This document shows, piece by piece, positions 1 through 9,939 of a stretch of DNA of 64,000 nucleotides. Made by a program: the position numbers and the translations under genes. The first letter of the stretch is position 1, and the number at the start of each line of letters is the position of its first letter. The notes beneath the pieces were generated by a model. The model worked only from the letters and a program-made list of their open reading frames with translations. It was not told the DNA's origin and did not search any database. This DNA comes from Nitrosopumilus sp. (GTDB lineage Archaea; Thermoproteota; Nitrososphaeria; Nitrososphaerales; Nitrosopumilaceae). The DNA is taken from assembly GCA_965204345.1 (NCBI GenBank), contig OZ241981.1, positions 1,312,001 through 1,376,000 of the forward strand. Reading direction: 5' to 3'.

Positions 1-297
1 TTGGCCTCAATTATTTCCACTAGGTTACATTCTAGTGAAGGCTTTAATGTGGTTATCAATACCGTTTTTCTTTTCTTTGCTTTTGTTAGTACTGCATTTT
101 ATCCGGCTGATGGAGCGCCTGAACCATTAAGAACAGCCTTTTACCTTAATCCCCTAACATACCTTGCAGATGTAATTAGAGCAGGTATTTTTGGTACTAT
201 TAACGACTTTGTAATTTTTGAAATGATTATTCTTGTCATTATAGCGTCATCATTATTTATTGTTGCTTCAAGACTACTTACAAAATTGGATTTTTAA
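1..297 (+). CDS. ABC-2 type transporter permease, C-terminal part (5' end outside window)
   Basis: Hydrophobic helices with the F-x-S-x-x-FYP...NPLTY motif typical of ABC-2 permeases. Confidence 0.75.
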   Translation: MASIISTRLHSSEGFNVVINTVFLFFAFVSTAFYPADGAPEPLRTAFYLNPLTYLADVIRAGIFGTINDFVIFEMIILVIIASSLFIVASRLLTKLDF

Positions 298-304
298 TAA
301 TTAA

Positions 305-1042
305 TCATTGCTTAACTTTTTCATATAATTTATTAATTTTTTTAATCATGTCCAAATTTTCATATTCTATTAAATTCAAATTTGGAATTACACAATGTCC
401 TCCAATTACACCCGGATACATTTTTGGCCTATTTCCTAGATTTTCATGGATCTCATCGGCAAACTTCCACATTTCATCAAAGTCAACCCCCTCTTCTTCA
501 CAAATCATTTTTGTAATTTGAGCATAGCTGATCAACCATCCATAGTATGTTGTGTCAACCAAAATTTTTGCCAATTCTGCAGTTTTTGTTGTAGACATCC
601 AATCAACTTTTTCAAATCTTTTTTCTACGTCTATTTTTATTTCAGAATTTATCTCCTTTTGATCAGATGAAATAAATTTTGTATATCTTTTAACGTCATC
701 TAGAAATCTCTTGTGCACTCCCCTTATCGGCGAAAATAAAATAGGAATTTCTGATTTTTCTTGAATTTTTTTTGTTGTACCAGGTTTTACCGTAGAGTGT
801 ATCAAAACAGCTTTTAATCCTACAATATCATTAATCCAATTCATTACCGTATCTACAAATTTAGGCAGTTCTCCTGGCAGGCAAATATGTAAAAATTCCG
901 GATTTTTAATATCATCTTTTCTAGCATAATTCTTACATTTTGAACTATCCAAATCAATTCCAATGCAATCGTAATTTCTTTCTTCAAGCAGATCAAATAA
1001 TGTTTCCCCCACTTCTCCCATTCCCAAGATAATATCTGCCAT
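305..1042 (-). CDS. Short nucleotide-sugar (GDP-mannose/UDP-glucose-type) dehydrogenase-like protein lacking the C-terminal domain
   Basis: GMGEVG Rossmann motif, HSTVKPGTT, AELAK and IGGHC catalytic motif. Start moved to ATG 1042 because the longer ORF overlaps tRNA-Gln. Confidence 0.8.
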   Translation of the reverse strand: MADIILGMGEVGETLFDLLEERNYDCIGIDLDSSKCKNYARKDDIKNPEFLHICLPGELPKFVDTVMNWINDIVGLKAVLIHSTVKPGTTKKIQEKSEIPILFSPIRGVHKRFLDDVKRYTKFISSDQKEINSEIKIDVEKRFEKVDWMSTTKTAELAKILVDTTYYGWLISYAQITKMICEEEGVDFDEMWKFADEIHENLGNRPKMYPGVIGGHCVIPNLNLIEYENLDMIKKINKLYEKVKQ

Positions 1043-1111
1043 TATGCCTAATTTCAGAAAAACTATCCATGTTATATTCGTGTTACCGATTTTGTTTGTT
1101 TTGAAATAAAG

Positions 1112-1184
1112 TAGCCCGGCCCAGACTCGAACTGGGGTCAAAGGCTTCAAAGGCCTCTATGCTTGACCGCTACACTACCGGGCT
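1112..1184 (-). tRNA. tRNA-Gln(TTG)
   Basis: Reverse complement AGCCCGGTAGTGTAGCGGTCAAGCATAGAGGCCTTTGAAGCCTTTGACCCCAGTTCGAGTCTGGGCCGGGCTA folds as a cloverleaf; anticodon loop CT-TTG-AA. Confidence 0.95.
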
Positions 1185-1253
1185 GCTAAATCGAGGACTC
1201 TCATTCCCTTAATGAACTTTTTAGTTAAACCTGATTCTTAAAACCGTAATTAA

Positions 1254-2282
1254 CTATTCCTTAATTACTGTGATCAATTTTTGAATAGGATCTTCCATAT
1301 CCTCTCTAATTTTTTTAGCTCTTTTTTGATTTTCATTATTTGGTGATTCAAAAACCTTCTTGATATAATTAGAAATTTTATCTGCATCTGATATTCTTTT
1401 TATCAAACGCTTTTTTACCAAAAAATTTTCAATTATATTTGGTACCGCATTGTATGATATTGTTGGAACTCCCATCAGTGCTGATTCTGCAGTCATTGTA
1501 CCGCCGGATCCTATGAATGCATCTGTATTACTTAACAAATGTTTTCCATCAAATGACATCTTCAAAATTTTCACTTTTTTACCAATTACCTTTTGCAGAT
1601 TTTTGATTTGTTTATCATATCTTCCTAACACTATGATATTTTCATTTTCATACTGATTTGCAACTTTTTTAATTATTGGAATAGTCTTATTTGATTTTGA
1701 TATATATGCTGCGTCTTCCTCCTCCACTCGAATCAAAATATTTTTTTTATTATTGTTGTCAAACGGCAATCTCGCTTTTTGATCAATTTTCCTTTGTACA
1801 GTAACAGCTGCATCAATTGCCCTGTATTGAATAATGTTTTTTTTATCAATTCCATACTTGGAAAATTCATTTTTAGGTATAGCATATGGAATTAATAATT
1901 TTTGAATTAAAGGTATTGTTAACCGCATAGCTGCATTATGATGTGGGGAATCACAAAATGCTATATGCCTTATTCCTAATCCAAACGAAATTCTTGCCGC
2001 TTCTGGTGAACAGAAACTGATAGTAATATCTGGAGAAAATGCTTCGATTTTTTTTGATAGTTTTTCTATCCGACTTATGCTAGCATTTAGCTTGGCTTTC
2101 TTCTCCCCTCCCCCATGTTTTCCAACAAAAATGAGGTCAAAATGACGTATTTTTGCTATTTTTACAACTTCTCCATAATCCCTTGAAGTACACAAAATAT
2201 CGTGTTTTTTACCTAATTTTGCAATTATTGGTTCGGAAAACAATAATTGTTTTGGTGTAAGAATATCCATCCATATTTTCAA
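1254..2282 (-). CDS. DUF354 family GT-B-fold putative glycosyltransferase
   Basis: MKIWMDILTPKQ start, VGKHGG, SFCSPEAARISFGLG, GSGGTMTAESALMGVPTIS. Confidence 0.85.
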   Translation of the reverse strand: MKIWMDILTPKQLLFSEPIIAKLGKKHDILCTSRDYGEVVKIAKIRHFDLIFVGKHGGGEKKAKLNASISRIEKLSKKIEAFSPDITISFCSPEAARISFGLGIRHIAFCDSPHHNAAMRLTIPLIQKLLIPYAIPKNEFSKYGIDKKNIIQYRAIDAAVTVQRKIDQKARLPFDNNNKKNILIRVEEEDAAYISKSNKTIPIIKKVANQYENENIIVLGRYDKQIKNLQKVIGKKVKILKMSFDGKHLLSNTDAFIGSGGTMTAESALMGVPTISYNAVPNIIENFLVKKRLIKRISDADKISNYIKKVFESPNNENQKRAKKIREDMEDPIQKLITVIKE

Positions 2283-2343
2283 GTAATTTTCTAATTATGG
2301 CAAGTCCAATAAGTTTTTCTTAGTCTATTCAGCTGTAAATGTA

Positions 2344-3483
2344 ATGGGGGGAGCAAAAGTTGTTGTTTATGGTCTTAGTACAGAAGGATATGCTATTGCA
2401 TCTCAAATGGCAATCAAGGGTGCTGATGTTTACATTATAGACGAATCTACCCCATCTGCAATATCCCTCAAGGCAGAAATCGCCAAAACTTATCCAAATG
2501 TATCTTCTCTAAAAGAGGATGAACCACTTTTAGCTATGGAACCTATTGATGTAGCTATTTCCAAAGCACAATATCTCTTCTTTACTCCTAGAATTAGAAA
2601 AACAGGGCAAGACATCAAAACTGAAATTCACTCTAAATTTAAGGATGCAGTAGCATCTATGAAAAAAAACAGTTCTGTCATCTTTACACTCCCGACTGGT
2701 TTTGGAGGCAACAACGAAAATATTTCATTGTTAGAGCATGTAACCGGTCTTCAAACTGGAAAGCATATCTCATATTTTTATTATCCCTTGGAAGACCTTA
2801 ATGAACAGCCAAAAATCATTGGCTCATTTAACGGAAAAGAAGATCCTACATTATCTGAGTTGCTTACAATAGGCAAAAAAGATAAAAAATTCGTGGCCAT
2901 TTCCTCATCTGAACACTTTCATGCAATTGATATGCTGTCTAGATTCTCTAGTTTGTGTAGCATTTTAGAAGTCTGTAAATATGCTCAAGATGAAGTTACT
3001 AAAAATGATCTTTCTTCAGATGATTTTCAAGAAATATTCCTTAATGATATGGTTAATGGATTGTTTGATTTAAAGTCATTAGGATCGTCTTTTGAAGGTG
3101 CAAACACCCTGATGTATCTGATTAATGGAAGTGTTAAGGGAATTGATGGATACATCAAACGATTAATCGATGAAATTCGTTCAACACTAAAGAAAAATGA
3201 TCTCAAAGCAAGTAGAACCAAGATTGCACTATCTTGGACACTTGATCAGCATGCAATGCGTGGAGATAAAATCGAAATGCTTCAAAACTTGACGTCAAAA
3301 TTACGTGATTATATCGGTGATGTTGAAGCTTATGAAGATCCAAACTTTGATTTATTCCATAGTGATAAAACCACTATTGTTGTAGCATGTTCCAAATCTG
3401 ATTTTGACAACATTAAAAAAACTAAACAAGATTCTGAATTAATAATTGTTAAGGCTAATCCTTTATGTGAAACAATTCAATAA
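2344..3483 (+). CDS. Degenerate nucleotide-sugar dehydrogenase-like protein
   Basis: N-terminal Rossmann-like VVVYGLSTEGY; overall layout resembles UDP-glucose dehydrogenase but no GGxC catalytic motif. Confidence 0.55.
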   Translation: MGGAKVVVYGLSTEGYAIASQMAIKGADVYIIDESTPSAISLKAEIAKTYPNVSSLKEDEPLLAMEPIDVAISKAQYLFFTPRIRKTGQDIKTEIHSKFKDAVASMKKNSSVIFTLPTGFGGNNENISLLEHVTGLQTGKHISYFYYPLEDLNEQPKIIGSFNGKEDPTLSELLTIGKKDKKFVAISSSEHFHAIDMLSRFSSLCSILEVCKYAQDEVTKNDLSSDDFQEIFLNDMVNGLFDLKSLGSSFEGANTLMYLINGSVKGIDGYIKRLIDEIRSTLKKNDLKASRTKIALSWTLDQHAMRGDKIEMLQNLTSKLRDYIGDVEAYEDPNFDLFHSDKTTIVVACSKSDFDNIKKTKQDSELIIVKANPLCETIQ

Positions 3484-3509
3484 TACTATAAATTAGCTAG
3501 CTTGCTATT

Positions 3510-4085
3510 TTGGTTAAATTGTCAGATGAAACTAATTCCGACGAAATTCCAGTTAATGTGGTGTCTGAAAATGAATCAAACGTTGATTCTTCCGTGGAGG
3601 ACTCACAACTTTCACAAACTAATAATGAAGAAGATTTATCAAAATTATTAGATTTAGAAAAACAAAAATCCTTTGAACACGAAGAAAAATTAAAACTTGT
3701 ATTAGCAGATTTTCAAAATCTTACAAGAAAAACCCAAACTGACATAGAAAATGGCGTTAATACAAAAATCAATGAGTTTGCATTGGATTTTCTAAAAATT
3801 TATGATGACTTTATTAGAGCAAAAGAAGTTTTTTCTGAAAATAAAATTGACACTGCCGGTTTAGATTCAATTTTAAAAAACATGGATTCTTTACTCAAGA
3901 AATATCATATTGAGCCTATTGATGCTTTAGGAGAAATTTTTGATCCAAATTTCCATGAGGCTATATCAATAATCAATGATCCTGAATTAGATGATGATAC
4001 TATAACTAAAGAGATCAGAAAGGGATATATTTCTCATAAGTCGGTTATAAGACCTACACTAGTAGAAATTTCAAAAAAAGGATGA
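3510..4085 (+). CDS. grpE: Nucleotide exchange factor GrpE
   Basis: ADFQNL, FDPNFHEA, KGY...VIRP motifs; directly upstream of dnaK. Confidence 0.95.
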   Translation: MVKLSDETNSDEIPVNVVSENESNVDSSVEDSQLSQTNNEEDLSKLLDLEKQKSFEHEEKLKLVLADFQNLTRKTQTDIENGVNTKINEFALDFLKIYDDFIRAKEVFSENKIDTAGLDSILKNMDSLLKKYHIEPIDALGEIFDPNFHEAISIINDPELDDDTITKEIRKGYISHKSVIRPTLVEISKKG

Positions 4086-4097
4086 TGATAATAAAAT

Positions 4098-6023
4098 ATG
4101 ACTAAAGTTATTGGGATTGATTTAGGAACAAGTAACTCTGCTGCGGCAGTTGTTATGGGTGGAAAACCAACCATTATTCCTGCAGCTGAAGGTGCCACTG
4201 TAGGCGGGAAAGCGTTTCCGTCAGTTGTCGCATTTTCTAAAGATGGTGATTTACTAGTAGGCGAGCCTGCTAGAAGACAGGCCGTTACAAATCCTGATAA
4301 TACAATTGTTGCTGCAAAACGAAAAATGGGCTCTGATCACACTTTTAAAATCTTAGATAAAGAATACAAACCTCAACAGATTTCTGCGTTCATTCTGCAA
4401 AAAATCAAAAAAGATGCAGAAGCATTTGTTGGAGAAACTGTTGAAAAAGCAGTAATTACTGTCCCTGCATATTTTGATGATAATCAACGTCAAGCAACTA
4501 AAGATGCTGGAACAATTGCTGGACTGGATGTTGTTAGAATTATCAATGAACCCACTGCAGCATCTTTAGCATTTGGTTTAGATAAAGCAAAACAAGACAT
4601 GAAAATTCTTGTATTTGATTTTGGTGGCGGTACTTTAGATGTCACCATAATGGAAATGGGTGGAGGCGTTTTTGAAGTTCTTAGTACATCTGGTGACACT
4701 CAATTGGGTGGTACTGATATGGATAAAGTTTTGATTGATTATGTTATCGACGAATTTAAGAAAAAAGAAGGCATTGATCTTTCACAAGATTCCACTGCAA
4801 TGACTAGAATTAGAGAGGCATCAGAGAAAGCAAAGATTGAATTATCCACTGTTATGGAGACCGATGTTAATTTACCCTTTATTGCACACGATGCATCATC
4901 TGGTGCTAAAAATCTCGAATTAAGAATTACTAGAGCCAAATTAGATGAGTTGATTGGTCCTATTGTAGATCGATGCAAACCTTCAGTACTTAAAGCACTA
5001 GAAGATGCAAAACTCTCCAATTCCGGTATCAATAAAATTGTGATGGTGGGTGGACCAACTCGAATCCCACTAGTCAAAAAATTTGTCAGTGAATTAATTG
5101 GTCAAGAATCTGAATCTGGAGTAGATCCTATGGAAGCTGTAGCAATGGGGGCTGCAATTCAGGCGGGAATTATTGCTGGTGATGTTAGTAGTGATATTGT
5201 CTTACTAGATGTAACTCCATTAACTTTAGGTATCGAGACTTTAGGTGGTGTTAGAGAACCATTAATTGAAAGAAATACAACAATTCCAACTTCAAAAGGC
5301 AAAGTCTTTACAACTGCTGCTGATAATCAAACAGCAGTAACTATTCATGTTGTTCAGGGAGAAAGACCAATGGCAACTGATAATGTATCATTAGGAAGTT
5401 TTAATCTCACTGATTTACCACCAGCTCCAAGAGGCGTTCCTCAAATTGAAGTAAAATTTGAGATTGACGCTAACGGAATAATCAATGTTACAGCAAAAGA
5501 TCTTGGAACACAAAAAGAAGCAAGAATTACTATTGAATCTAACTCCAAATTATCCCCAGAAGAAATTGAAAAACTAAAAGAAGATGCAGAAAAATTCTCT
5601 GATGAAGACAAAAAGAAAAAAGAAAAAATTGATTTGAAGAATGACGCAGAAAGTTATATCTATACCACAGAAAAATTAATCAATCATGATCTTAAAGATA
5701 AAATTTCACAAGAACAAGGAATCAAAATTACTGATGCCGTAAAAGAAGTCAAAGAAGTACTAGACAAAGAAGCTGATGAATTAAAACCCAAACTTGAAGC
5801 ATTACAAACTTTAGTTAATGAAGTTACCACCGAACTTTACAAAAATGCATCACCACCTGGTACCGAAGGACAATCTGGTACCGAAGGACAATCTGGTACC
5901 GAAGGACAATCTGGTACCGAAGGACAATCTGGTACCGAAGGACAATCTGGTACCGAAGGACAATCTGGTACCGAAGGACAATCTGATGGTTCATCTTCAA
6001 CTAATGAAACAAAAACTAACTAG
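4098..6023 (+). CDS. dnaK: Chaperone DnaK (Hsp70)
   Basis: [35 protein letters not shown]. Confidence 0.99.
   Translation: MTKVIGIDLGTSNSAAAVVMGGKPTIIPAAEGATVGGKAFPSVVAFSKDGDLLVGEPARRQAVTNPDNTIVAAKRKMGSDHTFKILDKEYKPQQISAFILQKIKKDAEAFVGETVEKAVITVPAYFDDNQRQATKDAGTIAGLDVVRIINEPTAASLAFGLDKAKQDMKILVFDFGGGTLDVTIMEMGGGVFEVLSTSGDTQLGGTDMDKVLIDYVIDEFKKKEGIDLSQDSTAMTRIREASEKAKIELSTVMETDVNLPFIAHDASSGAKNLELRITRAKLDELIGPIVDRCKPSVLKALEDAKLSNSGINKIVMVGGPTRIPLVKKFVSELIGQESESGVDPMEAVAMGAAIQAGIIAGDVSSDIVLLDVTPLTLGIETLGGVREPLIERNTTIPTSKGKVFTTAADNQTAVTIHVVQGERPMATDNVSLGSFNLTDLPPAPRGVPQIEVKFEIDANGIINVTAKDLGTQKEARITIESNSKLSPEEIEKLKEDAEKFSDEDKKKKEKIDLKNDAESYIYTTEKLINHDLKDKISQEQGIKITDAVKEVKEVLDKEADELKPKLEALQTLVNEVTTELYKNASPPGTEGQSGTEGQSGTEGQSGTEGQSGTEGQSGTEGQSGTEGQSDGSSSTNETKTN
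5857..5985. repeat. Perfect 18-bp tandem repeat x7 (CTGGTACCGAAGGACAAT) encoding GTEGQS in the DnaK tail
   Basis: Seven identical units read directly from the sequence. Confidence 0.97.
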
Positions 6024-6071
6024 ATTTACGATTTAATCATTTATACTGTAATTATGATTAAGGTATGATTC

Positions 6072-7142
6072 ATGGCTGCAAAACGTGACTATTATGAAGT
6101 ATTAGGCGTTAGTAAATCATCATCTTCTGATGAAATTAAACAGCAATACAGAAAGTTAGCCTTAAAATTCCACCCTGATCGTAACAAATCTTCAGAAGCA
6201 GCAGAGCATTTTAAAGAAATTTCTGAAGCTTATGCAGTAATTTCAGATCCTGAGAAAAAACAGGTCTATGATCAACACGGCCATGCTGGTGTTGATGGTA
6301 GATATTCAAGTGATGATATTTTTCAGGGAGCCCAGGGAGGAGGTTTTGATTCTATTTTTGAATCCATATTTGGTCGTGGAGGCGGAGGAGCAGGATTCGG
6401 ATTTAGTCAGCAGCAACAACATCGTGGTTCTGATCTTCTCTATCAAACTTCAATTACTTTGGAAGAAGTTTTACACGGAAAAAAAATGGAAATTAATTTA
6501 CAGAAACAAATTCAATGTAATGTTTGTGATGGATCTGGTGCCAAACCTGGAACAAATAAGAAAACATGTGGGGCATGTAACGGACAAGGACAGGTTCGAC
6601 AAACACGCAATATGGGATTTGCATCATTTGTAACTGCTGCGCCATGCTCCCCTTGTAGAGGACAAGGATCTATAATTGAAACCCCTTGTGATGAATGCCG
6701 AGGCCAAGGAAAGAAGAAAGGTTCCAAAACTGTAACGTTTGATATTCCTCCTGGTATTGATTCGGGTGATTACACCGTACCTGACGAAGGAGATGAGATT
6801 CCTGATGGCATTAATGGCGATTTGATTGTACGAGTCAGAGTGCAACCTCACTCAAAATTTAACAGAGATGGAAAAGATATTTTTTATGATCAAGATGTTT
6901 CTATGATTGATGCGGCATTAGGTTGTGAAATAGTTGTACCAACACTTGAGGGTACAGAAAAAATTAAAATTGATTCTGGAAGTCAACCAAATACTATAAT
7001 CAAATTAAAAGGAAAGGGCGTCACGCATATCAATTCTAGAGGAAAGGGCGATCAATTTGTTAGAATTGTGGTAAACGTTCCTAAAAAACTCAACAAACAT
7101 CAAAAAAATATCTTAGCTGAATTCAAAAAATCTATTGACTGA
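6072..7142 (+). CDS. dnaJ: Chaperone DnaJ
   Basis: HPD J-domain, G/F region, four CxxCxGxG repeats. Confidence 0.98.
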   Translation: MAAKRDYYEVLGVSKSSSSDEIKQQYRKLALKFHPDRNKSSEAAEHFKEISEAYAVISDPEKKQVYDQHGHAGVDGRYSSDDIFQGAQGGGFDSIFESIFGRGGGGAGFGFSQQQQHRGSDLLYQTSITLEEVLHGKKMEINLQKQIQCNVCDGSGAKPGTNKKTCGACNGQGQVRQTRNMGFASFVTAAPCSPCRGQGSIIETPCDECRGQGKKKGSKTVTFDIPPGIDSGDYTVPDEGDEIPDGINGDLIVRVRVQPHSKFNRDGKDIFYDQDVSMIDAALGCEIVVPTLEGTEKIKIDSGSQPNTIIKLKGKGVTHINSRGKGDQFVRIVVNVPKKLNKHQKNILAEFKKSID

Positions 7143-7150
7143 TTGATAAA

Positions 7151-7690
7151 ATGAAGATTGCATTAGATGTAGATGGTGTACTTGCCGATGTCATAGTATC
7201 TTGGTTAAGTTATAGTAATTCTATTAGACCCAAGATTTCCAAACATGAAATAACTGATTGGGAATTCTGGAAAAAATTTGAAATAAATCCGTTTGATTTT
7301 TATGCCGAACTTAGCTCATGTTGGAAAAATTGGAATATGATACCGCCTACTGAAAATAATTTGGCATCTACAACAAGATCCCTTTCTAATCTTGGTCAGG
7401 TAGATATTGTTACGGCAAGAGAAAAATCAACTGATTTCTTTGTAAAATCTTGGTTAACTCATCATGACATCATGTATGATGATTATGTATCAGTAATTGA
7501 CGGACCCATGAAGGCTGACTTGGACTATGATGTATTTATTGACGATTCTCCTCTTAATGCAGAAAAATTCCTGAAAAATAACAAAAAAGTAATCTTGTAT
7601 TCCCAGCCTTGGAACAAACATATTTCTAAAAATAACATTTACAGAATTTCTAATCTTTCTCAAGCAGTTGATAAAATAAAATCTACCTAA
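7151..7690 (+). CDS. HAD-family 5'(3')-nucleotidase (NT5C-like)
   Basis: DVDGVLAD motif I, VTAR, FIDDSP, PWN. Confidence 0.85.
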   Translation: MKIALDVDGVLADVIVSWLSYSNSIRPKISKHEITDWEFWKKFEINPFDFYAELSSCWKNWNMIPPTENNLASTTRSLSNLGQVDIVTAREKSTDFFVKSWLTHHDIMYDDYVSVIDGPMKADLDYDVFIDDSPLNAEKFLKNNKKVILYSQPWNKHISKNNIYRISNLSQAVDKIKST

Positions 7691-7851
7691 TTTTTTTCAA
7701 CCTTCCTAATAACAATCTCGTGTCCATTTTTGACATGTACAGAATGTGTTGTTTTTAATAATTCACTAATCTTATCCTCAGTATAGAACTTGATGTTGTA
7801 GCGTCCTAAGATTTTTTTACAGTTTGAACAATACACCTCTCTGAATTCCAT
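7687..7851 (-). CDS. Small putative zinc-binding protein (54 aa), not in ORF track
   Basis: MEFREVYCSNCKKILGRYNIKFYTEDKISELLKTTHSVHVKNGHEIVIRKVEKN; CxxC plus a His cluster; fills the gap and overlaps the convergent stop. Confidence 0.6.
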   Translation of the reverse strand: MEFREVYCSNCKKILGRYNIKFYTEDKISELLKTTHSVHVKNGHEIVIRKVEKN

Positions 7852-7918
7852 TTTTATATTTTGCAATTATTTCAATGTATAATAAAGAAACTTATTCAGG
7901 ATTTCAAATTTTTATAAT

Positions 7919-8003
7919 GCGGGAGTCACCCAGCCTGGCCAACGGTGTAAGGTTCAGATCCTTATCTTTTAGGAGTTCGTGGGTTCAAATCCCACTTCCC
8001 GCA
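7919..8003 (+). tRNA. tRNA-Leu(CAG)
   Basis: GCGGGAG...TTCCCGC-A acceptor stem, TAAGG-TTCAGAT-CCTTA anticodon arm, long variable arm, TTCAAAT T-loop. Confidence 0.93.
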
Positions 8004-8007
8004 CCTA

Positions 8008-9939
8008 CTAATTTTTCAAATTTTCTATTGTTTTTTTGATATTTTTTAAAAGAATGCCATTAATTGTCTCACCAGACGCTTTTCCTCTCAATTCTTTCAT
8101 AACAATTCCCATCAACGGTCCTGCAGCCCGTTCTTTTTGGTTTTTAATTATCTCTTGATTTTTATTTACAATATCTTCAATAATTTTCTCTAAATCACCT
8201 TCGCTTATCGATTCAATTGAAGCGTTTTTCATAGCCTCTTCTGGGGTTTTTGATTTTCCAGACATTATGTCCTGTAAAATTATTTCTATAGACTCTTTTG
8301 CAATTTTCCCTTCCTCTAACAATTGAAATATCTTCAAAATTTCCTCATTTTTTAATAAATTAGAATCTAATCCATTACGTTCTAGATTTGTAATTGAAGA
8401 ACAAAGAATTGATGCAACAAATGTTGGTTGGGTATTAGTATCTTCAATAATTTTTTCAAATAATCCAATATACCGCGAATCAAAAATTTGTTCAGCTAGT
8501 TGAAGATTAATCCTATACTTTGTTTCTAATTCTTTGATAGACTCATCCCATGATTTAGGTATATTTTTTTCTGCCTCTGATAACTCTTCTTTTGTGATTA
8601 TTATTGGCGGAATATCTGTCTCAGGATACATACGTGCAGCTCCTGGTCTTGGCCTGAGAAACTTGGTTTCTCCTGATTGAGTAGCTAATCTGGTGTCTAT
8701 TGGTATTCCATTGTATTTGATATGTTCAATCCTCAAGACAATCTGCTCTACAATAGTATGGATTTTTTCTTGAGGTGACGCTAAAATTAAAAATGCATCA
8801 TTTTCTCTGATTTCTGCAAATTCCTTTAATTTTTTTAGATCCGGTTCCTCTACCCCATAGTTAGGCAATTCGTCTGAATGAAATACTCCGCCTATTCCAA
8901 AAAATCTTACTAGCTCTGCGATTTCTTTTCCCAATCTAATGTTTTCATAGGGAGAATATCCAAACATTCCACCCATATTTCTAAAAGATATGGCAATAAT
9001 TTTCTGATTTTTCTTTATCGCATTTTGAATAACTTTTGATTTACATTTTGAAAATAATCCCGTAATGTCTTTTTTATCCTCTGTGCCAAATTTCCAATTT
9101 CTTTCTTGAATTTTTTTTGAGATTTTTAATAAACCGTGTTGTCTTTTAGCCTCATATTCTACAACCCCTTCTAATTGATCTAACTGCTGCACTCCCTTTA
9201 CCTCAATCACAACTCCTCCTCCATCCCTGATTGAAACATTAACATCCTGCCTAATTGTTCCTAATCCACGTTTCACTTGTTTTGTACTTCTCAAAATTCT
9301 TCCCAATGATAATGCAATTTCCTTGATCTCTGCTAATTTTACCTCAAAAGGCTCTGTTGCAATTTCAACCAGCGGTACTCCCAAGCGTTCCAATCCGAAT
9401 TTTCTTACAGATCCCTCTTCTCCTAATATCTTGGCAGCATCCTCTTCAAGACAAACTGACTGAATTCCTATCCTTGTCTCTCCTACATTATAAAATCCCC
9501 CCTGTGAAATTAACATTGTACGTTGAAATCCGGTTGTATTGGAGCCATCAATCACTGTTTTTCTCATGGGATAAATCTCACTAAAAATATTCGATTTTAA
9601 GGCAGAAGAAATGATTAATGCAATTTTTCTTGCATCTATGTCTAATTCATGTGGCGGCTCTTCATCCTGTTCTACTAGGCAGCTACTTTCAGGATTAGCA
9701 TAATACATTATTGTTTTTGATTTTGTGCTTTCAAATAATGCGGCAGGATCAAATTCCCCCAATTCACTCTTTGATGCTCGTAATCTCCTCTGGAATTTAA
9801 TCGAATATCCATCTGATTCAATATGGCTACAATTACAGAATAGTTTTTTATTAGTTGCAAGTTGTTGGTGTATTTCCAATCCTACCTTGACACCTGCATC
9901 ATTAATTGAAAATTCCTCCATACTACTTTCTCTCATCAT
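8008..9939 (-). CDS. gatE: Glu-tRNA(Gln) amidotransferase subunit E
   Basis: GLEIHQQL, DGSNTTGFQRT, RGLGTIRQDVN, GAARMYPETDIP. Confidence 0.98.
   Translation of the reverse strand: MMRESSMEEFSINDAGVKVGLEIHQQLATNKKLFCNCSHIESDGYSIKFQRRLRASKSELGEFDPAALFESTKSKTIMYYANPESSCLVEQDEEPPHELDIDARKIALIISSALKSNIFSEIYPMRKTVIDGSNTTGFQRTMLISQGGFYNVGETRIGIQSVCLEEDAAKILGEEGSVRKFGLERLGVPLVEIATEPFEVKLAEIKEIALSLGRILRSTKQVKRGLGTIRQDVNVSIRDGGGVVIEVKGVQQLDQLEGVVEYEAKRQHGLLKISKKIQERNWKFGTEDKKDITGLFSKCKSKVIQNAIKKNQKIIAISFRNMGGMFGYSPYENIRLGKEIAELVRFFGIGGVFHSDELPNYGVEEPDLKKLKEFAEIRENDAFLILASPQEKIHTIVEQIVLRIEHIKYNGIPIDTRLATQSGETKFLRPRPGAARMYPETDIPPIIITKEELSEAEKNIPKSWDESIKELETKYRINLQLAEQIFDSRYIGLFEKIIEDTNTQPTFVASILCSSITNLERNGLDSNLLKNEEILKIFQLLEEGKIAKESIEIILQDIMSGKSKTPEEAMKNASIESISEGDLEKIIEDIVNKNQEIIKNQKERAAGPLMGIVMKELRGKASGETINGILLKNIKKTIENLKN

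Noticed and set aside
1043-1150. N-terminal extension of ORF 305..1150
   Set aside because: Overlaps tRNA-Gln; the Rossmann motif begins right after ATG 1042
5818-6036. 72-aa ORF with LVPKDN repeats
   Set aside because: Alternative-frame reading of the dnaK tandem repeat
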